A stretch of 64,000 bases of DNA from Eledone cirrhosa (taxonomy: Eukaryota), in assembly GCA_964016885.1 (NCBI GenBank), contig OZ024741.1, positions 341,992,001-342,056,000 on the forward strand, in the 5' to 3' direction. Each line of letters begins with the position of its first letter. Within the stretch, counting starts at the first letter, position 1. The notes beneath the pieces were generated by a model, which saw only the letters and a program-made list of their open reading frames with translations, did not search any database and was not told where the DNA came from. Shown here in pieces: positions 13,295 through 27,234 of the stretch. Position numbers and translations under genes: made by a program.

Positions 13295-13546
13295 CTCATT
13301 TGGCCGGTGCTTATCCCGGTTTCATGGAGTGAAGCGACTGAGAGTACAAGACTCCCCCCTGGACAGGACACCAGTCCATCGCAGGGTTAAACCTCCAGCT
13401 ATTGCTGGTACTCATTTTAAGCTGAGTAAACTGGAGCAACATGAAATGAAGTGTTTTGCTCAAGAACACAGCATACAACCCAGGAATCGAGCCCACGACA
13501 TTATGATCGTAAGTCCAACACTCTTACCACTAGGCCACGTGCCTCC
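13295..13546 (-). mobile_element. tRNA-derived SINE with CORE-like and V-like domains
   Basis: Minus strand: GGAGGCACGTGGCCTAGTGG...CTTGAGCAAAACACTT...CTCAGCTTAAAATGAGTACCAG...CCTGCGATGGACTGGTGTCCTGTCCAGGGG. Confidence 0.8.
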
Positions 13547-13739
13547 ATTATTTACATGTGAGTAGGTTTTTTGTCAGAAATGTCTTCCACAAACTTGCTT
13601 CTTTGTAAATAAAAGATATCAATCAATTTTCCCTTTCTTCTTCTTACTTTCCAATGTTGTTGTTAAGTTACTAAGGATTTCTTTTAGCAATAATATTTCT
13701 AAATACCAAAGTATCCTTTCTCTTAATTTTGATGTCTTT

Positions 13740-14140
13740 TTAAATCTTTTGATGCCAATCAGGCCAAAATCAACTCTGGTTTTATGAAACAAGGGTTCTT
13801 ATTTACCCTTTGAAACCCAACTAGGCCAAAACCAGCACTGGTTCTAGAATATAAGGGTTCCAGCTTTACTCTTTTGATACCAACCTCACCAAAACCATCC
13901 ATTTTAAAGGGTTTCTATTTAACCCTTCTATTGCTAACCCAGTTAAAAATGGCTCTGATCCTATGAAGCAAAATTATCTGATTTAAATGAATGTCTTCCA
14001 ATACAGTTTTATATAAGAACTATATGCTAAGTTACTCTTTTGGTAACAATAGTTCATAATTTTAAAAACTCCCTCAAAAGTCTTCATTAATTAATTAAAT
14101 TAGAGTGCATTTCATTAAAAATGAGGTCATGAAAGGGTTC
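13740..14140 (-). mobile_element. piggyBac-like MITE with four tandem copies of one terminus
   Basis: Units of ~55-62 bp, T(T)AACCYTTTGATACCAAC...GGTTCT, at ~13740, 13801, 13864 and 13918. Confidence 0.5.
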
Positions 14141-15522
14141 AAAATTGATTTTAAATTTCAGAAAATTAAGTAACATAATAAACCATACATTTTACTTAGT
14201 TTCATTCATGTTATCAATCATTATATTTTAGCAGAGTCATTGGAGTGTCAAACAAAATGCTTTACAACATTTGTTCTGGTTCTTTACATTCTGAGTTTTA
14301 CCCTTTAGCATTCACATTACTCAATATTTACTATTGTATTTTCACAGAAAACACTTTATCCCACACAATTATCTCGCATAATATCAAATCTACAAGACTT
14401 TGATATTATTTATTTTGAGAACAATACACTAACATCAGTATGAGCAGCCAGTTACGACCGGTTTAAACAGAAAGAGGAATTCTGGTTGGATATGGTCGGT
14501 TTAAATGCTGATTTCAACTTTACTTATCCTTCCAAGGCTGATGAAATAAAATACCAGTCATATAATAGAGACCATTTAATCAACTTTCTACTCCTATTAA
14601 ACATGCTAGCATTGTACCTAAATTAAAAATCAGTGAGGGTGATGGGTTGGCAATGCCATTAGAGCATTGAACAAATGAACAAATGTTGAGGAGTATCTAT
14701 ACTAGCTTTTTACATTGAGTTCAAATCTCAGAAAGGTCAACTTTGCATTTCATGCTTCTGAGGTTAACAAAATAAAGTATCGATATCTGTCATAGATACA
14801 AAACCCAGATTTTTTTTTTTTTTTTTGCATATGCTTTCCATGTAATTCTTTTGCAAAGGTCTTCTGTCCTTCGACTAAGTAGCTTTTTGGGGATGTAACT
14901 TTAGATAGCATAGTATATCTATATTTGATGGTGCTGCATTCTTTCTGGTAACCAGTAATAGCAATAATGGCTGCAGTAGCAACAGCCACAGAAGTAGCAA
15001 TAGCAACAGTAGCAGAAGAAAGAATAACAGCAACTGCAGCAACAACAGCAACAACTAACATAGTAACAATTGTGGCAGTAAAAACACCGACAATAAAGAC
15101 AGCCCTAGCAACAGCAGTAACAACAACATCAGCAACATCAATATCAGATCAGCAGAAACAAGAGCAACATAAATAAAAGTAACAACACATTTACAACAAT
15201 AACAGCAAAAACAACAACAGCAGATATAATAACAGCTTCCTCAACAACAATAACAACCACAATAAAAGTGTAAGAAGAACTTGAAATTTCAAGATAGACT
15301 TGTTCTATTGTGAAATCTATTGAATATCTATCCTGTATGAATAACAGGGTAGGGTGTGTAGTGGGCTGGGCTGTGAAGGAGATATCAATGGGGTTGGGTG
15401 GAAGAGATAACAGTGGTAGGGTACTTCCTTGTCAACAGGAAACACTGATTAGGGTACATAACAATAGTTTGGTTTGCTTGTGGAGGATTGAATGTATGTT
15501 TGTATATATGTTAATAAATATA

Positions 15523-15561
<39 letters not shown>

Positions 15562-15603
15562 TTATATATATATATATATGAACATGAATACAAATATACA
15601 TAA

Positions 15604-15642
<39 letters not shown>

Positions 15643-15674
15643 AACAAATATCTAAATATAAATATATATATGTA

Positions 15675-16003
15675 GGAGACATATGGCTTAGTGGTTAGAG
15701 CATTGGCCTTGCAAATTGAAAGGTTGTGAGTTCAATTCTCAGACCAGGTTATGTGTTGTTTCCTTGAGCAAGACACTTTATTTCACATTGCTCCAGTATA
15801 CTCAGCTGTAGAAATAGTCATGGAGGTGCCACGGCAAAAAAGCACCCAGCCCACACTGTAAAGTGGACGTGTAGGCGCCAAGGAAAAAAAAACACCCAGC
15901 ACTCACTGTAAGTGAGGTTGGTGTTAGGAAGGGCATCCAGCTGTAGAAATCAAGCCAGAATCAGTTCCCGTCCCACCCTTGCAAGCAGGGAAAAGCGGAC
16001 GTA
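15675..16003 (+). mobile_element. CORE-type tRNA SINE with RTE-C tail (family C)
   Basis: A-box TGGCTTAGTGG, B-box GAGTTCAATTC, CORE-like CCTTGAGCAAGACACTT...CTCAGCTGTAGAAAT, two subrepeats, RTE tail; lies within an AAACAAATATCTAAATATA minisatellite. Confidence 0.9.
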
Positions 16004-16129
16004 TAAACAAATATCTAAATATAAATAAATATAAACAATTAGCGAGAGACGGTCACCCGACTAACCTTGCCTCAAGTGGGACAACTCCCATCTAACCCAT
16101 ACTAGCGTGGAAGATAGACGTTAAACGAA

Positions 16130-16162
<33 letters not shown>

Positions 16163-16787
16163 ACAAATATCTAAATATAAATATATATAAACAAATATCT
16201 AAATCTAAATATATATATAAACAAATATCTAAATATATATATATACATATATATGATTTGTTGAAGTGTGTGTCGAACATACAATTGTATTTAAACCATT
16301 CAAACATTAAATGAATGAGCACTCAATACGTGTGATTAGAGCTTATTTCTTGAAGAGAAGTGTGGCAGTGACTATATATATACATACATATATATATATA
16401 CATATATATATATACAAAAACATATATGTACATATAAATATATATACATATGTATACATATACATATTATGTACATGTATAGAGAGATATACATGCATTT
16501 AGATATTTAATTTGATATTTACATGAATGTGTGTGTATACACGAATTGAGCGAGATTAATATTTATATAAATTCCTAGCTTTAAGTACAATAATATCCAT
16601 GTATGCTAAGTTAAATTAAAAGATATCATCATTATCATTCACAACATATTTATCATTAGCATCATCAACTGTCATCATCTTTGTCACCACTACCACCATT
16701 AACACTAGCCAACAACATACTCACCTATACAACCATGCAAATGTGTATGTGCATACATATACACATATATATGTATATATATATATA

Positions 16788-17710
16788 TCATCATCATCAT
16801 CATCATCATCATCGTTTAACGTCCATCTTCCACGCTAGCATGGGTTTGGACGGGAATTTTCCCACTTGAGGCAAGATTGGTTGTCTTGCACGTTTTCTAT
16901 GACTGGATGCCATTCCTAACACCAACCACGTTTGCAGTGTGGACTGGGAGGTTTTTACCGTGTTACCTACACAGCCACATTACAGCGTGGAGTCTGTGCT
17001 TTTTTTGTCGTGACACCTACACGACCTTATTTATTTCGGACTGGATGTTGTGGTACCAACATAACTTTATATTGAAAGGGGTGGTGTAGATGGCGGTGAG
17101 GGTAGAGTTAGTGGGACAGGGGTGTATTTTTGTTAAGAGGTGCCTACTGACTGTAGGTTTCGCTTTGTACTTAGGCAAGACGAGTCTTCTGTATTATTGC
17201 GTACTGCCAAAGATCTCGGTCCAGTGACATTGTCTTGGAGAGGTGTAAGTGTGTAAGGTCGGAATTTATCAAGTCGTCCCAGGTTTTTCTGGGTCTGCCT
17301 ACTCCGTGGCTACCGTCTATTTTGATCGCCCTGCACTGTTTTATACAGCTGTCGTCTTTCATGCGCATCACGTAACCATACCAATGTAGTCTTCTCTCGA
17401 GTAAACAACATCTGATCCCTCTTATTCCTAATTTCTCCCTTAGTTCGTTTATGCTTTGCCGTTCATGTATATTACTATTACACATCCAGCGGAGCATGCA
17501 AGCTTCGTTCCTCTCCAGTCTGCGTATATCCTCTGCACACAATGCCCAAGTCTCACTGCCATGTAACATTGCTGTTTGTATAAAGGCATGATACAGTCTG
17601 CCTTTCATTTTTAGAGAGAAACCTTTAGCGGCTAATAGTGGTATAAGCTCTCTGAACTTTTTCCATCCATTCTGACTCTAGCTACTGTACTTTCAGAGCA
17701 CCCTCCACCA

Positions 17711-17712
<2 letters not shown>
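16788..17712 (-). mobile_element. RTE-A LINE copy 2, 5'-truncated
   Basis: ORF 17171-17608 is the RTE C-terminus; same 3' UTR and (TGA)n tail. Confidence 0.95.
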
Positions 17713-17760
<48 letters not shown>

Positions 17761-17981
17761 TTATACATATATACATATATATATATACACACACATATAT
17801 ATATATACACACACACACATATATATATATACACACACATATATATATACACACACACACATATATATATACACACACATATATGTATATAAATGTATAT
17901 ATAGATATATATATGTGTGTGTGTGTGTATATATATATATGTATATGTGTGTATATATATATATATATGTGTATATATATA

Positions 17982-18033
<52 letters not shown>

Positions 18034-18572
18034 TGTGTATATATATATATACATATATATGTGTGTGTATATATATATATATATTATATACATATATATA
18101 CACATATACACATATATATATATATATGTATACACACACATATATGTATATATATACACACACACATATGTATATATATATATACACACACATATATATG
18201 TATATATATATATATATATATACACAAACACACATATATATATAAACGTTTGTATATGTATAATAAAACCAAAACAATGCAAGTATGGACATAGAATAAA
18301 GAATGCAAATGCAAAAGATATTGTTGATAATTAGTCTTTTACCTTAGATTTATATAAATGTCCTTAATTTTCGAGGTAATATCTCTTCTTCGGAGGGAGG
18401 TAAAGCAGTTAAACCAGTGTTCTAAATAGCTTGCAAAGTCATGCTGACACATATGTATGTATATATACACATATACATATAAATATATATACACATATAT
18501 ATGCATATATATATGTATACACACATATATACATATATAAAGATATGTATATACACATATATATATACATAT

Positions 18573-18615
<43 letters not shown>

Positions 18616-19297
18616 AATATATATACATATATACACTTATATATACATATATACACATATATATACATATAAACACACATATATACATATAAACACACAT
18701 ATATATACATATACATATATGCATATATATACATATACACATATATATATATATACACATATATATATGAATATATATACATATGCACTTATATATGATG
18801 TGTTGTTTCCTTGAGCAAGACACTTTATTTCACATTGCTCCAGTTTACTCAGCTGTTGAAATGAGATGATAGGGACTGGGGTCCATATCATTCCACTGCA
18901 AAGTGGTCGTGGAGGTGCCACAGCAAAAAAGCACCCAGCACTCACTGTAAATGAGGTTGGTGTTAGGAAGGGCATCCAGCTGTAGAAATCAAGCCAGAAT
19001 CAGTTCCCGTCCCACACTTGCAAGCAGAGAAAAACGGACGTAAAATGATGAGGATGATGATGATGATGATGATACGTATATATACATATACCACATATAT
19101 ATATACGCATATATATACAAGTGTATATGTATATATATTCATATCTATATATGTGCATATATATATGTGTATAAGAATATATATGTGTGTTTATATGTAT
19201 ATATGTGTGTATATATGTATATATATATATGCGTATATATGTATATATATATGTGTATATATATATATATATGTGTGTATATATATATGTATATATG

Positions 19298-19345
<48 letters not shown>

Positions 19346-19973
19346 TATATATATATGTGTATATATATGCATATATATATATGTGTATATACATATATAT
19401 GCATATATATGTGTGTATATACATATATATATGTGTGTATATATATATACATATATATATGTGTATATATATATGCATATATATATATATGTGTGTATAT
19501 GTGTGTATATGTATCTATATATGTGTATATATATGTGTGTGTATATGTATATATATGTGTATACATATATATATGTGTGTATATACATATATATGTGTGT
19601 ATATATACATATACACATATATATATATATATATACACACACACATATATATATATACATATACACATATATACATATATATATACACATATACACACAT
19701 ATATATACACACACATATATATATAAATACACACATATATATACATATACACACATATATATACATATATATAGACATATATACATATATATACACATAT
19801 ATACATATACATATATATATACATATATATACATATACATATATATATATACACATATATATACATATACACATATATATATATACATATATACACATAT
19901 ATATACATATACACACATATATATACATATACACACACATATATATATGTACATATACACACACACACATATA
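17713..19973. repeat. Compound (TA)/(CA)/(TG) microsatellite blocks, containing the SINE at 18796-19072
   Basis: Directly visible. Confidence 0.9.
18796..19072 (+). mobile_element. Family C SINE, 5'-truncated
   Basis: Near-identical to the reverse complement of 42535-42810. Confidence 0.9.
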
Positions 19974-20976
19974 TCATCATCATCATCGTTTAACATCCAT
20001 GTTCCACGCTTGCATGGGTTTGAACGAGAGTTTTCCCACTTGAGGCAAGAGTGGTTGTCTTGCTCGCATAGGACTGTCTGGCGGGTTTTCTACAGCTGGA
20101 TGCCCTTCCTAACACCAACCACGTTTACAGTGTGGTGCTGGAAGGTTTTTACCGTGTTGCCTACACGGCCACATTACAGCGTGGACTGTGTGTTTTTTTT
20201 TGTCGTGACACCTACACGATCACATTTGTTTCGGCCTGGATGTTGTGGTACCAACATAACTTTACATTGAAAGGGGCTGTGTGGGTGGGGTGGGGGTGGT
20301 GGGACGGGGTGTATTTTGTTAGAGATGCCTACTGCTGTAGTAGGTTTTACTTTGTATTTAGGTAAGGCGGGTCTTCTCTATTACTGAGTACCGCCAAAGG
20401 TCTCGGTCCAGTGACATTGTCTTGGAGAGGTGTAAGTGTGTGAGGTCGGAATTTATCAGCTCGTCCCAGGTTTTTCTGGGTCTGCCTACTCCGTGGCTCC
20501 CGTCTATCTTTATTGCCCTGCACTTTGTTATACAGCTGTCGTCTTTCATGCGCATCACGTGACCATACCAACGTAGCCTTCTCTCAAGTAAACAACATCT
20601 GATCCCTCTTATTTCTAATTTTTTCCTTAGTTCGTTTATGCTTTGCCGTTCACGTATATTACTATTACACATCCAGCGGAGCATGCAAGCTTCGTTCCTC
20701 TCTAGTCTGCGTATATCCTCTGCACACAATGCCCAGGTCTCACTGCCATGCAACATTGCTGTTCGTATGCAGGCATCATACAACCTGCCTTTCATTTTTA
20801 GGGAGAACCCTTTAGCGGCTAATAGTTGTATAAGCTCTCTGAACTTTTTCCATCCAGTTCTGACTCTAGCTACTGTACTTTCAGAGCACCCTCCCCCACT
20901 GCTGATTTTGTCACCCAGGTAACGGAAGCTGTCCACTATTTCTATAGAACCCTCTGCGCAATTGAAAGAGCTAGTA
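19974..20976 (-). mobile_element. RTE-A LINE copy 3, 5'-truncated
   Basis: ORF 20358-20936 with the same 3' UTR and tail. Confidence 0.95.
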
Positions 20977-21014
20977 TTATATATGTAGAGCTAGTATTAT
21001 ATATATAGAGCTAG

Positions 21015-21047
<33 letters not shown>

Positions 21048-21417
21048 GTATATATATATATATATATATACATATATATATGCATATATATATATATATA
21101 TATACACATATATATAAGCATATATATATATATATACACATATATATATATGCTATATCAAGAGTTAACCTAATATATCCCTTCCATATACTGTACCGAT
21201 TGTGTTGTTATTTCTGTTTACCTTTTACATGCATATACACACACACATATATATATATGCATATATATATATATGTACACACAAACATATATATGCATAT
21301 ATATATCACCATCATCATTGTTTAACATCTATCTTCCACGCAAGCATGGGTTAGATGGGAGTTGTCCCAATTTGAGGCAAGGTTGGTCGGGTGACCGTGT
21401 CTCGCTCGTATAGGACT

Positions 21418-21464
<47 letters not shown>

Positions 21465-21514
21465 CTTAGTGGTTAGAACATTGGCCTTGCAATCGAAAGG
21501 TTGTGAGTTCAATT

Positions 21515-21548
<34 letters not shown>

Positions 21549-21549
21549 C

Positions 21550-21581
<32 letters not shown>

Positions 21582-21667
21582 CACCTATATATATACATAC
21601 ATTATATATATATATATATACACATACATATACACCTATATATATACATACATTATATATATATATA

Positions 21668-24600
21668 TCATCATCATCATCAACGTTTAACGTCCGTGTT
21701 CCACGCTTGCATGGGTTTGGACGGGGGTAGTCCCACTTGAGGCAAGAGTGATTGTCTTGCTCGCATAGGACTGTCTGGCAGGTTTTCTACAGTTGGATGC
21801 CCTTCCTAACACCAACCACATTTACAGTGTGGGTCTGGGAGGTTTTTACCGTGTTGCCTACACGGCCACATTACAGCGTGGACTGTGTGTTTTTTTGTCG
21901 TGACACCTACACGATCTCATTTGTTTCGGCCTGGATGGCGCGGCACGAACATAACTTTACATAGAACGGGGTGGTGTGGATGGGGTTGGGGTGGTGGTGG
22001 TGGGACGGGGTGTATTTTGTTAGAGATGCCTACTGGCTGGAGTAGGTTTTACTATATATATTTAGGTAAGGCGGGTCTTCTTTGTTACTGAGTACCGCCA
22101 AAGGTCTCGGTCCAGTGACATTGTCTTGGAGAGGTGTAAGTGTGTGAGGTCGGAGTTTATCAGCTCGTCCCAGGTTTTTCTAGGTCTGCCTATTCCGTGA
22201 CTACCGTCTATCTTTATTGCCCTGCACTTTGTTATACAGCTATCGACTTTCATGCGCATCACGTGTCCATACCAACGTAGCCTTCTCTCGAGTAAACAAC
22301 ATCTGATCCCTCTTATCTCTAATTTTTTCCTTAGTTCGTTTATGCTTTGCCGTTCACGTATATTACTGTTACACATCCAGCGGAGCATGCAAGCTTCATT
22401 CCTCTCTAGTCTGCGTATATCCTCTGCACACAATGCCCAGGTCTCACTGCCATGCAGCATTGCTGTTCGTATGCAGGCATCGTACAACCTGCCTTTCATT
22501 TTTAGGGAGAACCCTTTAGCAGCTAATAGTGGTATAAGCTCTCTGAACTTTTTCCAACCAGTTCTGACTCTAGCTACAGTACTTTCAGAGCACCCTCCCC
22601 CACTGCTGATTTTATCGCCCAGGTAACGGAAGCTGTCCACTATTTCTATAGAACCCTCTGCGCAATTGAAAGAGCTAGTATTTAGTGGGCACTTGCTGCT
22701 ACTTATTGCACCAGAACACCGGCCACATGTAAAATCTATGTTCTTAGTTAGCTTACCTGTGATCCCACTACATCTTTTATGCACCCATACTTTGCATTTA
22801 GGACATAAAATGGAGTTTCTACCTATGCCTTTCCTACACACCGAGCACGACCATTTCCCAGAAGGGATCGCCGCCTTGTTTTCTTTCCTACAAACTAGAA
22901 CTTTGGTCTTAGCCAGGTTAATTTTAAGTCCTTTTGACTCTAGGCCGTGCTTCCATGTTTGGGATTTCTTCTCTAGCTCGGCCATTGATTCCGCTATGAG
23001 TGTCAGGTCGTCTGCGTATAGGAGTTCCCATGGGCAGCCTGTCTTGAACTCCTCTGTTATAGCCTGAAGGGCAATAATAAATAGTAGGGGGCTGAGAACA
23101 GAGCCCTGATGGACGCCAACTTTTACGCTAAACTCTTCACTATATTCGTTGTTAATTCTAACCTTGCTGACTGTTTCTTTATACATGGCTTGTATAGCCC
23201 TCACAAGCCATTCGTCAACGCCTAGTTTTCTAAGAGCCCACCAGATAATGGAGCGGGGGACTCTGTCGAAGGCTTTCTCCAAGTCGACAAAAGCTAAGTA
23301 GAGGGGTTTACCTTTAGCTAGGTACTTCTCCTGTAGTTGTCGTACTATGAAAAGAGCGTCTGTGGTACTTTTGCCTGACACAAACCCGAACTGCATTTCA
23401 TCTAGGTCAATTCTCTCTCTGATTAGTTGCGCTATTACTTTTTCCGTGACCTTCATGACCTGGTCGATTAATTTAATGCCTCTATAGTTACTCCTATCTA
23501 GGGCGTCTCCTTTACCCTTATAACAGTTAACGATGATGCTGCTATGCCAGTCCTTCGGAACAACCCCATTCTGTACGACTTGGTTAACTATGCGGGTGAC
23601 CATGGTGTGTCCCACCGTGCCAGATGCCTTCAGCATCTCAGCAACTATTTCCGAAGGCCCAGCCACCTTACCCGTCTTCATATCCTTGATTGCCTTACTT
23701 ATTATACTCCCCTCGACTAACACTGCTGGTCCCTCTATTGGGTCGATATGGGGGAGACTGTCTTTCTCCCATTTATTCTCCTCATTTAGTAGCCTTTCAT
23801 AGTGACACTTCCAAGCTACCTTCTTATCAGCGTCGGTGATGGCAAGTGTGCCATCGTCGTTTAGTACACACTTCTCCCCGACAATATCACGGTTTTCCTT
23901 GACGCATTGCCTAGCAATCCTGAACACCTCACGTTTTTGGTCATCGCGTTGTAGAACATGCTTGAACTTTCTTTCCTCAGCTTCCCTTCTTGCTAAGTAC
24001 ACTTGTCTCCTAGCTTCCCTCCTGGCCACTTGATAGTCTTCTCTACTTCCCCCATCCCGCCATACTTTCCAAGCCTGCTTTTTGGCCTTAATTGACCCCT
24101 CCACCTTACTGTTCCACCACCATGTTACTCTCCTCCTGCCTACAGGCCTGCTCCAGCCACAGACTTCGTCTGTCGCCAACAGCAGGTTTGCTTTCAGAAA
24201 TTCCCACTCTCCCTCTATATTGTCCGACTCTAAATGTTCTTCCTTACTGTCGAAAGCATCAAGTAATATGCTTTGAAATTTATTCCTGGCTGTGGGGTCC
24301 TTTAGCTTCCATATTTTTCTCCTGAGAATAGTCCTCTTCTGCTGTCGAGTACGTCTCGTCCTGACTATGAGGTCGCTAATTATCAGTCTATGTTGGGAGG
24401 TGCATTCTTCATGGGGGAGGGATTTAGTGTTTACAACAGACACTCTGTCACGTCTTCTGGTAAGGATATAATCTACCTGGCTTGTGTGTTCCCCGGATCT
24501 ATAGGTGATCAGGTGATTGTCACGTTTTTTGAAGTTAGTGTTACAGATAGTTAGGTTATTTGCGTCACAGAATTCCAGGATTCTGGAGCCTTCCTCATTT

Positions 24601-25182
24601 CTAGTACCAAACCCATAGCCTCCATGGATTTCGTCGTAGCCGTCACAATGTTGTCCAACGTGACCATTTAGGTCGCCTGCAATAATTATATAGTCACTGT
24701 CGGATATTTGGGAGGTAGTTAGCATCAGTGTCTCATAGAATCTGTCTTTTATAGTGCCGGGCAGTCCGGATTGGGGTGCGTACGCAGATATTACTGTCAC
24801 CGTAGTTCTATTGAGGACAAGTCGTATTTTAATTATTCTGTCGTTCACTCTATTTACGTCTATTATCTTATCTGCCCACTTTTCTGCTACCATGATTCCT
24901 ACTCCACCCAGCCCATCGTCGTTTCCCACCCAGAAAAGCTTATAACATCGTTTTTTACCCTCAATGAACCTAGCAGACCCACCCCTCCACCTGGTCTCTT
25001 GAATACAACAAACATCGACCTCCTTACGTTCAAGCATTTCTACAACCTCGTTAGCGCGACCCTTTAGGGTGCCTACATTTATGGTACCAACTCTGAAGTT
25101 TTGGATTGCTTTTGGGGGTTGGGGGCGGTGGGGGGCGGGGGGCGATGGGGTTATGTCAGCCGTCCGCGGTCGAAACAATGAG
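21668..25182 (-). mobile_element. RTE-A LINE copy 4, near full length
   Basis: Single long ORF, ~390-bp 3' UTR, (TGA)n tail; both ends abut (TA)n. Confidence 0.96.
22062..25181 (-). CDS. RTE retrotransposon protein: AP endonuclease, reverse transcriptase, internal PHD finger (about 1039 aa, no native start seen)
   Basis: APE motifs [36 protein letters not shown]; RT motifs [37 protein letters not shown] (23007-23018), FRYLG; no stops. The ORF-track extension to 25979 is read-through. Confidence 0.93.
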   Translation of the reverse strand, partial: SLFRPRTADITPSPPAPHRPQPPKAIQNFRVGTINVGTLKGRANEVVEMLERKEVDVCCIQETRWRGGSARFIEGKKRCYKLFWVGNDDGLGGVGIMVAEKWADKIIDVNRVNDRIIKIRLVLNRTTVTVISAYAPQSGLPGTIKDRFYETLMLTTSQISDSDYIIIAGDLNGHVGQHCDGYDEIHGGYGFGTRNEEGSRILEFCDANNLTICNTNFKKRDNHLITYRSGEHTSQVDYILTRRRDRVSVVNTKSLPHEECTSQHRLIISDLIVRTRRTRQQKRTILRRKIWKLKDPTARNKFQSILLDAFDSKEEHLESDNIEGEWEFLKANLLLATDEVCGWSRPVGRRRVTWWWNSKVEGSIKAKKQAWKVWRDGGSREDYQVARREARRQVYLARREAEERKFKHVLQRDDQKREVFRIARQCVKENRDIVGEKCVLNDDGTLAITDADKKVAWKCHYERLLNEENKWEKDSLPHIDPIEGPAVLVEGSIISKAIKDMKTGKVAGPSEIVAEMLKASGTVGHTMVTRIVNQVVQNGVVPKDWHSSIIVNCYKGKGDALDRSNYRGIKLIDQVMKVTEKVIAQLIRERIDLDEMQFGFVSGKSTTDALFIVRQLQEKYLAKGKPLYLAFVDLEKAFDRVPRSIIWWALRKLGVDEWLVRAIQAMYKETVSKVRINNEYSEEFSVKVGVHQGSVLSPLLFIIALQAITEEFKTGCPWELLYADDLTLIAESMAELEKKSQTWKHGLESKGLKINLAKTKVLVCRKENKAAIPSGKWSCSVCRKGIGRNSILCPKCKVWVHKRCSGITGKLTKNIDFTCGRCSGAISSSKCPLNTSSFNCAEGSIEIVDSFRYLGDKISSGGGCSESTVARVRTGWKKFRELIPLLAAKGFSLKMKGRLYDACIRTAMLHGSETWALCAEDIRRLERNEACMLRWMCNSNIRERQSINELRKKLEIRGIRCCLLERRLRWYGHVMRMKVDSCITKCRAIKIDGSHGIGRPRKTWDELINSDLTHLHLSKTMSLDRDLWRYSVTKKTRLT

Positions 25183-25375
25183 ATATATATATATACATAT
25201 ACACATATATATACATACATATACACATATATATACATACATATACACATATATATACATACATATACACATATATATACATACATATACACATATATAT
25301 ACATACATATATACATATATATACATACATATATACATATATATACATATATATACATACATATATACATATATA

Positions 25376-25413
<38 letters not shown>

Positions 25414-25462
25414 CATACATATACACATATATATATATATATATATATACATACATATACAC

Positions 25463-25495
<33 letters not shown>

Positions 25496-25512
25496 CACAT
25501 ATATATACATAC

Positions 25513-25590
<78 letters not shown>

Positions 25591-25644
25591 CACATGCACA
25601 CACACACATATATATATATACATAAAATATATATAAAAATATAT

Positions 25645-26387
25645 GTGTTAGGTGATTCCGAAGAGAAAGCAAAGGAAAAAAACGAAAAAAAAACGAGTGC
25701 TCTATGTATAGAACAGAGCTGTAAAAATATTTTGTTGTTGAAAGTATGTGATAAAGGCCCAGGGTGGTAAAATAAGAGAGAATGTTCAGGAAGAGATGAA
25801 GTCAAAAAGTGAATAATATGTAAAATAAGTATAAAATAAAGTAAAATAAAATAAGTGTTGAATATGTAAAGTAAGAGAGATTGTTCAAGATAAAAGCAAG
25901 GGAAAAGAAGAAATGAATAAAATAGGTGTAATATAAAATAAGGGCTTAATATAAGCATTGAATGTGTGTTAAAGGTCAATAGTGTTTAAAGTAAGAAACT
26001 GTTCAAGGTGTAATATATGATAAGTGTTGAATGTGTGAAAAGGAGAGTGAGTGTTCAAGGTGGGTAAGCGTCCAAAATGGTGTTTTGATACCGAGAAAGG
26101 AGGTGAGTTCTTATATGTGGGCAAATTTTAAATATCTCAGAATTAGAGTTAAGACAGGTGTTGGGAGATTTCCAATTTTGTAGAATGCTATATTTTTCTG
26201 TTACGCACAAGGTAACAGAATATATATTCTTGTGCCTTTCACATATTCTTTTGATTGGTCTAAAATAGACCAATCAATTTCATATGGAATCCCATGCTTT
26301 TTCATCTGCCACACTATTTGCCAACACCGTAGTTTTCTTTTTATCCTGGTGTCGAAAGGAAGCGACATATGCATAGTATCTTTTTTT

Positions 26388-26392
<5 letters not shown>
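25645..26392 (-). pseudogene. Penelope-like element, GIY-YIG C-terminal fragment and 3' region
   Basis: Frameshifted VWQMKKHGIPYEIDWSILDQSKEY...LCVTEKYSIL...CLNSNSEIFKICPH, typical of PLE endonuclease ends. Confidence 0.75.
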
Positions 26393-26419
<27 letters not shown>

Positions 26420-26736
26420 CATCATCATCATTCATCATCATTTCATTTTACATCCGCTTTTTCCCTGCTTGCAGAGGTGGGACGGGAACTGATTCTGGCT
26501 TGATTTCTACAGCTGGATGCCCTTCCTAACACCAACCTCATTTACATATATTCATTATATATATACACACAGTAAGTCCACCTTACAAACTTCTGCAGAT
26601 ACAAACAGTTTCATGAAGAAAAAAAATGTTGCTTTGTTGTTTTCTTCTAGGGTGGGTATATATATACACAGATATGTATGCATATATATACGCACATATA
26701 TATGCAATGGCCATACTCGATAATGAGGGGGCAGCT

Positions 26737-26772
<36 letters not shown>

Positions 26773-26994
26773 TATATATATATATCTATTTGTTGCTGTG
26801 CTGATAAGCGTTTTGGCATTGATACCCTGGTTGGAATCCCTTCCTAACACCAGCGCCACTTTACAGCATGGACTGGGTGCTTTTATTTGTGCCACCAGCA
26901 CTAGAGAGGATGTCTTACTAGACTCAAGGGCCCTCCCTACCCCTCCATTTTACAGCATGGTCATTAAAAAAAAAACCCACTTATTGACATGACA

Positions 26995-27039
<45 letters not shown>

Positions 27040-27097
27040 ACCAACACTCATGCATACAAACACACACACCACTCACATACATACATACATACATACA

Positions 27098-27132
<35 letters not shown>

Positions 27133-27234
27133 TACCGGCAGTACTGATACAAAATCAAAATCATGTCAACTGTTGACTTTTCCCAGTCCAGTTCAGTTTT
27201 TATTTAATAATAATAATAATTGTTTGCTTTACGC

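Noticed and set aside
15675-15750. tRNA genes at SINE heads (also 21463-21515, 42810-42881, 48355-48425)
   Set aside because: A and B boxes are present but sequences continue into SINE bodies or are fragments; no convincing cloverleaf.
17682-20270. Long YI/HT/CV-rich ORFs here and at 5.2-6.4, 12.4-13.1, 25.1-25.8, 34.0-34.6 and 36.3-37.8 kb
   Set aside because: Dinucleotide microsatellites lack stop codons; no coding signal.
25182-25979. N-terminal ~265 aa of the 1305-aa ORF as part of the RTE protein
   Set aside because: Read-through of microsatellite and PLE-derived AT-rich sequence.
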